Shown here: one piece after another, positions 9,457 through 19,095 of the stretch
Layout of the letters: each line of letters starts with the position of its first letter
How positions within the stretch are numbered: the first letter of the stretch is position 1
Source of the DNA: an uncultured Chlamydiae bacterium
GTDB lineage: Bacteria; Chlamydiota; Chlamydiia; Chlamydiales; JAJFMA01
Direction of reading: 5' to 3'
Assembly: GCA_963790215.1 (NCBI GenBank)
Contig: CAWBNS010000009.1
Coordinates: 330,953-394,952, forward strand
Length of the DNA stretch: 64,000 bases
Position numbers and translations under genes: made by a program
The notes under the pieces: model-generated
Databases searched by the model: none
What the model saw: the letters and a program-made list of their open reading frames with translations, nothing else
What the model was told of the DNA's origin: nothing

Positions 9457-10331
9457 TGCAAGGTCATGGAATCGAAAACCGCTTTGGTGGACTCCCCGAT
9501 GAATTTGCAAACGAACGTGCAAAAGTCGTCATCCTACCCGTTCCATTCGACCTCACAACAACCTATCAAAAGGGCACGGATCAAGGGCCCGCAGCCCTCA
9601 TCGAAGCCTCTCGTAATCTGGAACTCTACGATATCGAAACCGATTTTGAACCGTATACGTTAGGCATTCACACAGCACCTGCTATAGAAGAAAAAACCTC
9701 TGAGGCTATGCTGAACAAACTGTATGAGCGCGTTTCAGAATTCTTAAAACAAGATAAATTCCTGGTGACCATAGGCGGCGAACACTCGATCTCACAAGCA
9801 CCCATACGCGCCTTTGCACAAAAATACCCAGGCCTTAGCGTACTTCAGCTCGATGCACATGCCGATCTACAAGTAGCTTACGAAGGTGATCCCTTCAGCC
9901 ATGCCTCCGTAATGGCTCGCATACACGAAATACCCGACATCGCCAATATCGTCGCCGTTGGCATCCGCAGCATGAGCTCTGAAGAACTGCCCCTCCTAAA
10001 CAGAAAAAGCACCTACTTCGCTCACGACATTTGGAATCAAGACAACTGGATCGATGCCGTCGTCGCTGATCTCGAAGAACAGGTGTACATTACCTTCGAT
10101 CTCGATGTCTTTGATCCCGCTATTATGCCATCCACAGGCACACCGGAACCAGGTGGATTGTACTGGTATCCCATTCTCAATCTACTACAAAAAATCGCAA
10201 AAAACCGAACCATCGTCGGCTGTGATATCGTAGAATTATGCCCCAATCCCGCCAATAAAGCGCCCGACTTTTTAGCGGCAAAACTTGTATACAAACTGCT
10301 GTGCTACATCTTTGGAGGTAATACTAAATGA
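9456..10331 (+). CDS. speB: Agmatinase (ureohydrolase family)
   Basis: GGEHSIS, LDAHADL and TFDLDVFDPA Mn-binding motifs. Its start overlaps the speA stop (TGATG). Confidence 0.9.
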   Translation: MQGHGIENRFGGLPDEFANERAKVVILPVPFDLTTTYQKGTDQGPAALIEASRNLELYDIETDFEPYTLGIHTAPAIEEKTSEAMLNKLYERVSEFLKQDKFLVTIGGEHSISQAPIRAFAQKYPGLSVLQLDAHADLQVAYEGDPFSHASVMARIHEIPDIANIVAVGIRSMSSEELPLLNRKSTYFAHDIWNQDNWIDAVVADLEEQVYITFDLDVFDPAIMPSTGTPEPGGLYWYPILNLLQKIAKNRTIVGCDIVELCPNPANKAPDFLAAKLVYKLLCYIFGGNTK

Positions 10332-11305
10332 AGTTTATCCGCTCCTTTATGCAACGCCACTACCGCCACTTCAATGCCGCCGTATGTATCGATGCCGCAG
10401 AAGCCTGGGAACAACTACTCCACCTTAACGGGAAAATGATGGTCACCCTCGCCGGAGCCATGAGCACAGCAGAACTCGGCATTTCGCTCGCGGAATTAAT
10501 CCGGCAAGACAAAGTCCACGCCATCTCCTGTACCGGAGCAAACTTAGAAGAAGACATCTTCAATCTAGTCGCACATACACATTACAAACGCGTACCTCAT
10601 TATCGCTCATTGACTGCTGAGGATGAAAAAGAACTCCTCGCCAGCGGCATGAACCGCGTGACAGACACATGTATCCCTGAAGATGAAGCCATTCGACGAC
10701 TCGAAACATTGATGTTAGACCTCTGGCAAAACGCCGAAAAAGAAGACAAACGTTATGCGCCGCACGAATTCATGTATCAGTTAATTGCGTCGGGAAAACT
10801 GACCCAATTTTATGAGATAGATCCCAAAGACTCCTGGTTGGTCGCTGCTCAAGCCAAAAACCTGCCCATAGTTACTCCTGGATGGGAAGACTCCACCTTG
10901 GCAAATATATTTGTCTCTCACGTCATCAGTGGCGATCTCAAGCGCTATGACACCGTAAAATCAGGAACAGAGCAGATGGCCTTCCTCGTCAACTGGTATC
11001 GCCAAGAAGCACAGACACACCCCATCGGATTTTTTCAGATTGGCGGCGGCATTGCCGGAGATTTTCCCATCTGCGTCGTCCCCTTGATTCGACAAGATTT
11101 ACAACATACCGAAATGCCCCTTTGGAGCTACTTCTGCCAAATCAGCGACTCCACAACATCCTTTGGATCCTATAGCGGCGCCGTACCGAACGAAAAAATC
11201 AGCTGGGGCAAACTCGACAGCACCACCCCACGCTTCGTCATCGAATCCGATGCCTCCATCGTTGCACCATTGATCTTTCAATACATACTCGAAGGATCTG
11301 ATTAA
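10328..11305 (+). CDS. Deoxyhypusine synthase-like protein (probable homospermidine-type aminobutyl transferase)
   Basis: 325 aa with ISCTGANLEEDIF and a C-terminal ISWGKL carrying the DHS-type lysine. ATGA overlap with speB. Confidence 0.8.
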   Translation: MKFIRSFMQRHYRHFNAAVCIDAAEAWEQLLHLNGKMMVTLAGAMSTAELGISLAELIRQDKVHAISCTGANLEEDIFNLVAHTHYKRVPHYRSLTAEDEKELLASGMNRVTDTCIPEDEAIRRLETLMLDLWQNAEKEDKRYAPHEFMYQLIASGKLTQFYEIDPKDSWLVAAQAKNLPIVTPGWEDSTLANIFVSHVISGDLKRYDTVKSGTEQMAFLVNWYRQEAQTHPIGFFQIGGGIAGDFPICVVPLIRQDLQHTEMPLWSYFCQISDSTTSFGSYSGAVPNEKISWGKLDSTTPRFVIESDASIVAPLIFQYILEGSD

Positions 11306-11337
11306 AATCAGCCAGGGTTAGTTCTTTTGTTTATTTC

Positions 11338-11565
11338 AGGATGACAGGATAAAAAAGATTATATCCCATACGCATCAGTCTAAGATAGTTTTTTGATGCT
11401 TATATAATTGACAGCAAGTTCGTTGCGATAAGAAAACCCTCGAAGAGGGTTTCTAAATGTAGCCTACCGTGAACCCGCAAGCGTTAGCGAAGACAGGTGT
11501 AACGGTGGGAATAATGGCAAAATAAAGTTCACTCTCTCGAACGAGAGTGCCTCAGACTTAAATTC
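11338..11565. repeat. Truncated copy (one arm plus half centre) of the structured palindromic element family seen at 31019 and 48173
   Basis: Shares caggat..atatcccatacgcatca, ..ttcgttgcga.aagaaaaccctcgaagaggg, aatgtagcc.accgtgaacc.gc.agcg.tagcgaagacaggtgtaacggtggg and gcactctcgaacgagagtgcctcag with the other copies. Confidence 0.7.
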
Positions 11566-11596
11566 TGCTATCGCAAATAGCGTTTTACAATGTAAA

Positions 11597-12793
11597 ATGC
11601 CATTAACAATGGCGGAAATCATGAAATTCGTTCGCAGAAAAATCACTCCACCCAAAGACAGTTATTTCTTATTGGGACCACGAGGCACAGGAAAATCGAC
11701 GTGGCTCTCGCATAACTATCCCGACGCATTAAGAATTGACCTGTTGCTGGGAGAAGAAGAACGAAGGTTTGCCGCTTACCCCGAACGAATCCGAGATGTC
11801 GCCGCGGCGCTATCTCCTGGATCCACCCTGATTCTTGACGAAATCCAACGGGTACCGCGATTGTTACCCGAAATTCATGCCCTTATTGAGCAAAAGAAAA
11901 AAATTCAATACATCATGACAGGAAGCAGTACCCGAAAACTTCGGCGATCTGTAAGTGACCTCTTGGGTGGGCGCGCTTTATTAAGGCAGATGAGCCCCTT
12001 TTTGGCTTCCGAACTAGGCTCGGCATTCTCCCTAGAAAAAGCACTAGCGGTAGGGCTTATCCCACTGATCTGGGAATCCTCCGATCCTGAAGAAAGGCTC
12101 AGAAACTATCTACAGCTCTACCTTAGAGAAGAGGTACAGGCTGAAGGCCTAGTCCGCCAGATCGGAGACTTCTCTCGCTTCTTGGAGGTAGCAAGTTTCT
12201 CTTATGGATCTGTGTGGACCAGCGCTACCGTAAGCCGGGATGCCAGCGTAAAAAGACCCACTGTGGATAACTACCTACAGATATTGGAAGACCTATTTCT
12301 TGCTTTTTCAATTCCTGTATTTTCAAGGCGGGCTAAAAGACGGTTAATTGCCCATCCTAAATTCTACTTCTTTGACGTTGGAGTTTATAGAGCGCTACGG
12401 CCTCGTGGTATTTTAGACAGTACGCCAGAAATCGAAGGCCTTGCGTTAGAAGGGTTGGTTGCGCAGCATTTACGCTCGTGGACGTTGTCACAAGTAGAAC
12501 CACACTCCCTCTCCTTTTGGCGTACACAGACAAAATTAGAAGTAGATTTCGTCGTTTACGGCCCAAGAGGATTTTGGGCCATTGAAGTTAAACGCTCGCC
12601 GAACTTAGGCCCAAACGACCTTAGAGGACTCGCAGCGTTTAAAGAGGAATATCCTCAAGCACAATGCCTGATCGTAGCTCCGACAAAACATCCTGAAATC
12701 TACAGAGGCTATCCTATAATTCCGCTAGAAGATTTTCTTCTTTCAATTTCTCCCAATGATCCCCTCGCAAACGGAATAGTTAATATCACTTAA
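11597..12793 (+). CDS. AAA-type ATPase with DUF4143-like C-terminal domain
   Basis: Walker A GPRGTGKST and Walker B LILDEIQ. Length and architecture match the AAA_14/DUF4143 family. Paralogue at 21788. Confidence 0.75.
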   Translation: MPLTMAEIMKFVRRKITPPKDSYFLLGPRGTGKSTWLSHNYPDALRIDLLLGEEERRFAAYPERIRDVAAALSPGSTLILDEIQRVPRLLPEIHALIEQKKKIQYIMTGSSTRKLRRSVSDLLGGRALLRQMSPFLASELGSAFSLEKALAVGLIPLIWESSDPEERLRNYLQLYLREEVQAEGLVRQIGDFSRFLEVASFSYGSVWTSATVSRDASVKRPTVDNYLQILEDLFLAFSIPVFSRRAKRRLIAHPKFYFFDVGVYRALRPRGILDSTPEIEGLALEGLVAQHLRSWTLSQVEPHSLSFWRTQTKLEVDFVVYGPRGFWAIEVKRSPNLGPNDLRGLAAFKEEYPQAQCLIVAPTKHPEIYRGYPIIPLEDFLLSISPNDPLANGIVNIT

Positions 12794-13004
12794 GAAAATC
12801 AATGCAGCAACAAAACCAAAGGACCCTTCCCTGCCGTCACATAATGTATCCTGATTTCGTTCGTTTGAATATATGCGTGCTGCCAACTTTCCATGAGTCG
12901 GACATTACTCACGGACTACGTTTTTTTCAAGAACAACGTATTTGGCTCATGTTGATGAAGGGAATTGTTTGCGCCACAAAAGTGACGCAAACAAAAGTTC
13001 GATG

Positions 13005-13283
13005 TTATAATTTATCAATTGCCTTATGCGCTTTATCTTTAGCGCTGTCATAAATGCTGTGGGCTTTATCTTTAGCTTTTTCATAAGCTTCATGCGCAGA
13101 CTCTTTGGCATCCTGCACTACGTCTTCAGCCCTATCTTTAGCGGCATGTCCCATTTCTTCTACTCTGTCAATCGCTTGATCGACTTTTTCACCAACAGTC
13201 TTGTCAGCAAAAACTGGCCCAGCAGCTAAAGAAGCATACAGCCCAAGTGCAATGTAAAAGTTAGGTTTAAAATTATTTTTCAT
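13005..13283 (-). CDS. Small secreted protein with repetitive charged helices (AKDKAH repeats)
   Basis: Signal peptide MKNNFKPNFYIALGLYASLAAGPVFA. ATG at 13283 is preceded by GAGGTGG. Function unknown. Confidence 0.55.
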   Translation of the reverse strand: MKNNFKPNFYIALGLYASLAAGPVFADKTVGEKVDQAIDRVEEMGHAAKDRAEDVVQDAKESAHEAYEKAKDKAHSIYDSAKDKAHKAIDKL

Positions 13284-13488
13284 AACCACCTCATTTTAGA
13301 TGTAGGGTTTAGGAAAAAATATAATCATGTTTCTTTCGCGAATTGTTCGCAAGCATGCTGCTAATAAAAATCACCAAACTCAAGAGGTAGCTGCAAATCG
13401 TGCTTGAGAAGCGATTGAAAAAAATCCTTCAAATCAATTCGTACCATAGATTAGTGTGAGATTCGAATCATTTTTGGAAAAAAGAACC

Positions 13489-14244
13489 ATGAAAAACTTA
13501 GCATTCTACCTCACATTTCTACTGGCGACACAAGCCACACCACTGTCTGCAGACTCTTTTTGGGACCTCGAGTCTTGGCGTCCCGTATGTGGATTAGAGT
13601 CCGGCGCTGCCATCAGCTCCGATGCAGGACAATCAAAAAACTTTCCCATCGCCAGTCCTGCAACCGAATTTTATAACTACTCCGTCCAACACAAAAGCCA
13701 ATCAGAAGCCATCTACGGCGGCTTTATAGGAGCACAGTGGCAGCAAGGATCACCTTGGATTATTCAACTCGATTTGAATTACAACCAATCGACTCCTTTT
13801 TCAGTGAACGGAATACTAACTCAAGGTGTAGATATACCGTCTTCAAATTCCTACGACTTCGAATACAAAATCGTCATAAGACAGCTACTTTTTGAAGGCA
13901 AGATTGCCTACGATAGCGGAACACGATTTCGACCTTACGCTATAGTTGGAATAGGTTCTAGCTTCAATAGAGCCTATTCTTTTTCTACGACAGCTCCGGC
14001 TTCACTTACCTTTACAAGAGATTATGAAAACCACTCCACAGCCGCATTCACTTACGCGTTAGGAGTCGGCTTAGACGTTGAACTTATCAGGAGTATTTGG
14101 GGCAGTATTGGTTACCGCTTTACCGATTTTGGGCGAGCCTCTCTTGGATCAGCATCTATAAACGGTACACCGGTTTCAGGAACCTTGTCTCAGTCTAACT
14201 TCTATGCCAACGAATTTCTCGTTCAACTAACACTCGCATTTTAG
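13489..14244 (+). CDS. Outer-membrane beta-barrel protein
   Basis: Signal peptide MKNLAFYLTFLLATQATPLSA, alternating beta-strand pattern and a C-terminal ...LVQLTLAF ending in aromatic Phe. The track start at 13456 is a GTG, so I use the ATG at 13489. Confidence 0.65.
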   Translation: MKNLAFYLTFLLATQATPLSADSFWDLESWRPVCGLESGAAISSDAGQSKNFPIASPATEFYNYSVQHKSQSEAIYGGFIGAQWQQGSPWIIQLDLNYNQSTPFSVNGILTQGVDIPSSNSYDFEYKIVIRQLLFEGKIAYDSGTRFRPYAIVGIGSSFNRAYSFSTTAPASLTFTRDYENHSTAAFTYALGVGLDVELIRSIWGSIGYRFTDFGRASLGSASINGTPVSGTLSQSNFYANEFLVQLTLAF

Positions 14245-14254
14245 GAATCTACCT

Positions 14255-15706
14255 ATGCAATACCTCTTGCTCTGCTTTATCTTTTTGACCGCCAATGTTT
14301 TTGCTTTACCTCTAGAAATTATCCCCAAAGCGGGAACAACCCTTCCCACCCAGATGACACCTGGATATAATGTTGCTGCTTACTACACAGTCACGAATAA
14401 TGCTGCTTCGACTCTCACAGGCCTCTTCGTAAAATACTTACCTAAGAACGTTTCTCAAGTCACAACAAATGGAGATTATCCCGACACATGCGGTGCTACA
14501 TTTAGCCTGGAGTCAGGACAAAGCCGTACCCTACAACTTCTTGTTTCAGGGCCAGTTGATGGGAGTTCGGGCGGCGTAACAAATCAGCTCTTTATTTGCC
14601 TTCCCGGAGGGACTACAGGTGTGGGAACCCCGAATCCCTTGCAAGTAGCTTTGGCACCTTGGGATGCTCTGTCCGTATCCTACGAAATTATTTACACAGC
14701 AGATGTATTAGATTTCCCTAAGGACTTTGTTCAGGCGTACAAAGAAGGCGGATCCAACCCCATTACAGGATCGGAATGGGAGACGTATACTCCGCCTACA
14801 GGATATACCAAAAACACTACCCGTTATCTGCAATTTGATGAGTCCATAGCTCTTGGAGGACCTGGGGATCCTATTGGAACCCAAACATACATTACTACGT
14901 CCGATGGATATACTTGGGGAGCAATATCAAACGTCATTAGCGCCATGTGGCCCTATGATTCATCCCAGTATACCTTTCCTTCCAACCTAGGGACATTCTA
15001 TGCTGGAAACCTCACTGTAACTCCTCCAGCAAATGTCGTGAAGCTCTCCGCGAATTATAAAGCACAACTAATGAGATATTACGCCAATGAAGACGGTGTT
15101 CCTCCTGGAACTCCGGGTGCCGTGCCCATTCTTCGCTATTTTATCACCGACCAATGGGGCAATACATACATTATGCAAGCGTCAGATTATGACACTCCTG
15201 ACGAAGTCACCGAGTCATTTATAGCAGCTGATTTGCCTTCAGGTTGGACTAAGGACATGCATTTCTTAACTGAAGATCTTATTCTCTACCCATCATCGGG
15301 TCCGGCTAACACATTTGCGTATTCATTGATCCGAGACAATCAAAACAACACGTACGATCAAATCACTTGGGATCCAAGTGGGATAGTATTAGCTTCCCAA
15401 ATACAAGAGCCCGGTATGCCTATCTGGGGAGGACTCTCCAGCAATGTTTTAAACATCAGCAATTCATTTGATAATCTGATTGTTGGGGGTGGAGGCGTAA
15501 CAGCTTTTGTTTTCCCGTCTAGCTTAAACGGAGGAACCAACACAATTGTCGATTTTAATCCTTATCTAGGAGACACGTTGAATTTTGACGGTCAGACCTA
15601 TACGGTCGTCATTTCTACAGAGGGTGCTAAAATAGTCTTATCTGGTGGAGCCACTGTAATCTTAGCTGGTGTGTATCTATTTTCTGACACTTGGGTGGTC
15701 GGTTGA
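14255..15706 (+). CDS. Secreted protein of unknown function (signal peptide; Ig-like N-terminus; C-terminal IVDFNPYLGDTLNF motif)
   Basis: 483 aa, starts 11 nt after the OMP gene. Has a cleavable-looking leader and no catalytic motif that I recognise. Confidence 0.55.
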   Translation: MQYLLLCFIFLTANVFALPLEIIPKAGTTLPTQMTPGYNVAAYYTVTNNAASTLTGLFVKYLPKNVSQVTTNGDYPDTCGATFSLESGQSRTLQLLVSGPVDGSSGGVTNQLFICLPGGTTGVGTPNPLQVALAPWDALSVSYEIIYTADVLDFPKDFVQAYKEGGSNPITGSEWETYTPPTGYTKNTTRYLQFDESIALGGPGDPIGTQTYITTSDGYTWGAISNVISAMWPYDSSQYTFPSNLGTFYAGNLTVTPPANVVKLSANYKAQLMRYYANEDGVPPGTPGAVPILRYFITDQWGNTYIMQASDYDTPDEVTESFIAADLPSGWTKDMHFLTEDLILYPSSGPANTFAYSLIRDNQNNTYDQITWDPSGIVLASQIQEPGMPIWGGLSSNVLNISNSFDNLIVGGGGVTAFVFPSSLNGGTNTIVDFNPYLGDTLNFDGQTYTVVISTEGAKIVLSGGATVILAGVYLFSDTWVVG

Positions 15707-15724
15707 CAACCAACTGATTCATTT

Positions 15725-16445
15725 TTATTTTTCAGATAACAGGATTATATCCCACACGCATCAACTTAACGCTTCAGCAGACTCAAGTCCAAGAATAAAA
15801 AAACAAGATAAGCAGGATCGCAAGCGGCAGGATAGAGAGGATTATATCAATCCAAAAGTGATCTGGAAGCCACTTTATGCATTTTTTTAAAACACAAAGC
15901 GAGACAGTTTCTTCTGCCCCCTTGCCGGAAAATAATGAATATGAACCTCTCTGTGTACTTTGTGATCTCTGTGGTAAAATTTTGAAACGTATTAAAAAAT
16001 TGATCACCACAGAGATCACAAAGTACACAGAGAGGTTCATGATTTTGTTATTTAGGAGACACAAAAGCACGAAGGGTTAATCATCTTTGCGTCTTTGGGT
16101 TTAATTAAAAAAAACTATTTTATTAGCCTGACATTTATTATTAAATAAAAAACAAAAGCACAAAGAAGACTTAATCACCTTTCTTCGTGCCTTTGTGTCT
16201 TTGTGTTTAAAAAAAATGCATAAAGTCGCTTCTAGATCGCTTCTAGATTTAATAAATCCTCTCTATCCTGCCGCCGAAGGCGATCATGCTTATCCTGTTT
16301 TTTTTGTATTTCTTGGGTTTCTCTCTTTGTCTCTGTGTTTCAAAAAATGCATAAAGTGCCCTCAAAAGCAGTTTTAGATAGGATAACTCTTATTTATCCT
16401 GTCGTCGAAAGCACTCCTGCTCATCTTGTTTTTTCTTTCTTCGGT
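15725..16445. repeat. About 720-bp non-coding block of nested palindromes (CAGGATAA-type arms, a perfect 35-bp inverted repeat, GCAAAGA-type hairpins)
   Basis: Arms 15801-15845 and 16254-16300 are complementary. There is a perfect IR atgaacctctctgtgtactttgtgatctctgtggt (15941-15975 / 16006-16040). Track ORFs here are mirror artefacts. Confidence 0.8.
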
Positions 16446-16455
16446 TCTAGAGCGT

Positions 16456-17448
16456 CTAGTGCCAAGAAATATTCAGTGCTCGTAACAAAGCTATAACACT
16501 GGAAAAACGAAATTGCTTTTTTGGAAAAAGCAAATAAGAAGAACCGAACTCTGGATCGAATTTTTCCCAGAAAATTTCATGACCATCTAAGCGGCAGATT
16601 TTTTTCAGAGCCTTGAATACCCATCTTGCTAATACTGTCGTGGTTTTCCCAAGGCCCATGACCTTTCCAAGCTCCTTGGCGGGGACAGGCCCTATCAAAA
16701 CAAAGCGACATTGCTCTTTTTCTAACGTTTGCAAAGCAGACATAACTAAATGCTCTGAAATGCCGGAAGGTGAATTTTTAAGAAACATGACATTATTGAG
16801 TAACCAGCCTTGATGAGACTTAAGTTCGTTTAATAATACGAATCCAATTATTTTCCCTTCATGCTTCGCATAAAACCATCGTTTTCCTGTACGGTTAGAA
16901 AACAAATCTGGATGACCCAAATAAACCTGTATTCCTTTTCTTGCCTGAATCCACTCAGTGGCTACATGCTGCAAAGATTTTTCTATCTCGACGTCATCGC
17001 CCGTATACTCATAGATCTCAACGCCATTACGCGAGCATTGCCTCACCTTTTTACGCAGTAATGTCGTTGGAGAAACCGCTTGCTTTAGAGGGTCAAGAAT
17101 AAATTTTGTTCCAAACTCAATCGCGGAAAATGAAAGCTGCTCTACCGCAAGATTCGCAAACTCCTCAGTCACAAGAATATAAACTACTAACAACTTTTGG
17201 TTGCGACAGTAGCTTTCAAATTCTTTAGAAAGCGCTACTTTATCTTCGGAAGCACAGACAGGGTCCCCTAAAACAATGGCATTACCTAACTCCACATGAT
17301 ACCCAATAAATCCCTCTATATGCGGAACGGAAAAAAATTGAGTCGTTTTATCTAAGAGACCATCCGTATTTACTTCTGCCCATTTGCGCACAAGCTCAAC
17401 CAACCTTACTTGATCAGGAATATCAGTTATCGTAGCTTGTTGGTCCAT
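16456..17448 (-). CDS. DUF2156 / phosphatidylglycerol lysyltransferase C-terminal (aminoacyl-tRNA-dependent transferase) domain protein, stand-alone
   Basis: 330 aa with no TM segments. GFIGYHVELGNAIVLGDPVCASEDK...FESYCRNQ resembles the MprF synthase-domain family. Confidence 0.6.
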   Translation of the reverse strand: MDQQATITDIPDQVRLVELVRKWAEVNTDGLLDKTTQFFSVPHIEGFIGYHVELGNAIVLGDPVCASEDKVALSKEFESYCRNQKLLVVYILVTEEFANLAVEQLSFSAIEFGTKFILDPLKQAVSPTTLLRKKVRQCSRNGVEIYEYTGDDVEIEKSLQHVATEWIQARKGIQVYLGHPDLFSNRTGKRWFYAKHEGKIIGFVLLNELKSHQGWLLNNVMFLKNSPSGISEHLVMSALQTLEKEQCRFVLIGPVPAKELGKVMGLGKTTTVLARWVFKALKKICRLDGHEIFWEKFDPEFGSSYLLFPKKQFRFSSVIALLRALNISWH

Positions 17449-17658
17449 CCGTATACCCCCTCATTAGATAAACATACCAATGACTTAAGAATCGGCCACC
17501 CGACGCTGCCAGTAGCCAATTCTTGAAGCATGCAGGTATAAAAGTACCCTTATCAGATCCGACTTAAATTAGTAAAGTCTCATAAATGAATGAGTGTACC
17601 TAGCTAAGAACAGTTGCAAATGCTCTAAAATATGTTTATAGGGAGTGAATAATGCATT

Positions 17659-18933
17659 ATGGAGGGCCAAATGACGAGCAACAAATACGATGGAATGACA
17701 ACACGATTTTTACGTGAAGATGAGCGTCTCATCAACACGTTAGAAACTGAAATGCCGCTTGTTTTTGAAGCAAAAGAACATAAAGACGCTAAATCATTGC
17801 AGGAGTTTCTCAAGGCTAATTCAGAAAAACTTATGGAAGACGCTGGCAAGTATGGCGCTTTGCTTTTTCGAGGTTTTGACATCAAGTCCGACAAAGACTT
17901 TGAAACTACCATTCTCAGCATAGAAGGTCTGCAAGGTATTAGCGATGCATTCATGGCCGAAGCTGGAAGGGAGGGGGTTGATGGCTTAAAATATGTGCTA
18001 CACACCAACACGATTTATAAAACAGGTGGCACTCTCTATCTCGGAGGCTTTCATAGCGAAAACTATTACTCCCCAGATGCGCCTGGATTTATTTCATTTT
18101 GCTGTCTGAAACCTTCGGATCTAGGTGGAGAAACCGGCCTCATCAATATGGAAAAGGTGTACGAGCAACTTTCTGACGATTTAAAAAAGAAATTAGAAAA
18201 CACCCCCTATTTCGTCTCAAAGTGGTTAGTTAGCGACGTTGCAGAAAGATACCAAGTCGATACGAAAACAGTCGAAGAAATTTGCCGTCAATTTGATTTG
18301 CCCATTGTTGGAGAGGGAGAAGATAAACTTATTCTGATGTACAAACCCAGTGTTTTCTTACACCCTGTCACACAAAAAAAAGCACTGCAGATCAATTTCT
18401 TTTCCGTACCAACTTTAGACGCAACTTTACGTAAATGCTTCCTGAACGACTATCAGGGTAAGACTTGGTTTTGGCATAGATTTGTTTGGAATCTCCCATT
18501 CTCGATTTTTAAGCCGATTGAAAATACTTTTCTGTTTTTGGGTGCTTTATTTCACTCACCTGAAGAGCTACTTCGGATAAAAATGTCGCAGTGGAAAACC
18601 GATCGCGCATTTAAAAAACTGGGTAAAGAATTCGCAAAAGTAAATTCCTGTTTCACACAAGCAGACATCGACCACCTTGCCCCCATAATGCGAAATTTCT
18701 ATTGCTCGATTCTCTGGAAAAAGGGAGATATCCTTCTAGTGGATAACAGAAAAGTTGTCCACGCCGGTATGCCTGGAGCAGGTTCTAGACAGGTTAGAGC
18801 CCTGATTTCCAACCCTCTTAAAATGAACTATTCGCCCGCACAACCAGGCTGCTTTGATTGCCAAGAGAGCCAAAAGCAAAGTATTGGTCAATCTATCAAA
18901 ATGAAAAAAGAAAAAGCGGGTGCGGCTAAATAA
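17659..18933 (+). CDS. TauD/TfdA-family Fe(II)/2-oxoglutarate dioxygenase
   Basis: GGFHSENYY (HxE) and WKKGDILLVDNRKVVHAGMPGAGSRQV, the family's distal His/Arg block. Lysine-rich tail. Confidence 0.7.
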   Translation: MEGQMTSNKYDGMTTRFLREDERLINTLETEMPLVFEAKEHKDAKSLQEFLKANSEKLMEDAGKYGALLFRGFDIKSDKDFETTILSIEGLQGISDAFMAEAGREGVDGLKYVLHTNTIYKTGGTLYLGGFHSENYYSPDAPGFISFCCLKPSDLGGETGLINMEKVYEQLSDDLKKKLENTPYFVSKWLVSDVAERYQVDTKTVEEICRQFDLPIVGEGEDKLILMYKPSVFLHPVTQKKALQINFFSVPTLDATLRKCFLNDYQGKTWFWHRFVWNLPFSIFKPIENTFLFLGALFHSPEELLRIKMSQWKTDRAFKKLGKEFAKVNSCFTQADIDHLAPIMRNFYCSILWKKGDILLVDNRKVVHAGMPGAGSRQVRALISNPLKMNYSPAQPGCFDCQESQKQSIGQSIKMKKEKAGAAK

Positions 18934-18941
18934 CCCCCTTA

Positions 18942-19095
18942 AAGATAACCCAAGCCAATTTGCGCGAAGCGCTTTTGGAGTGCGTGCGTCTTGTCGCCGC
19001 TTTCAAAGGCATCGACTTGTCGATGCCCCCTAGGCAGCTCGACAAGTCGAGCTGTACAAAAGCGCTTCGCGCAAATTTGGCTTACGGTTATTCTT
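18942..19095. repeat. Palindromic element between convergent genes (36-nt outer arms, two internal 9-bp-stem hairpins)
   Basis: aagataacccaagccaatttgcgcgaagcgcttttg pairs with caaaagcgcttcgcgcaaatttggcttacggttattctt. Inner hairpins are ggcatcgac-tt-gtcgatgcc (19008-19027) and cagctcgac-aa-gtcgagctg (19035-19054). Plausible bidirectional terminator. Confidence 0.7.
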
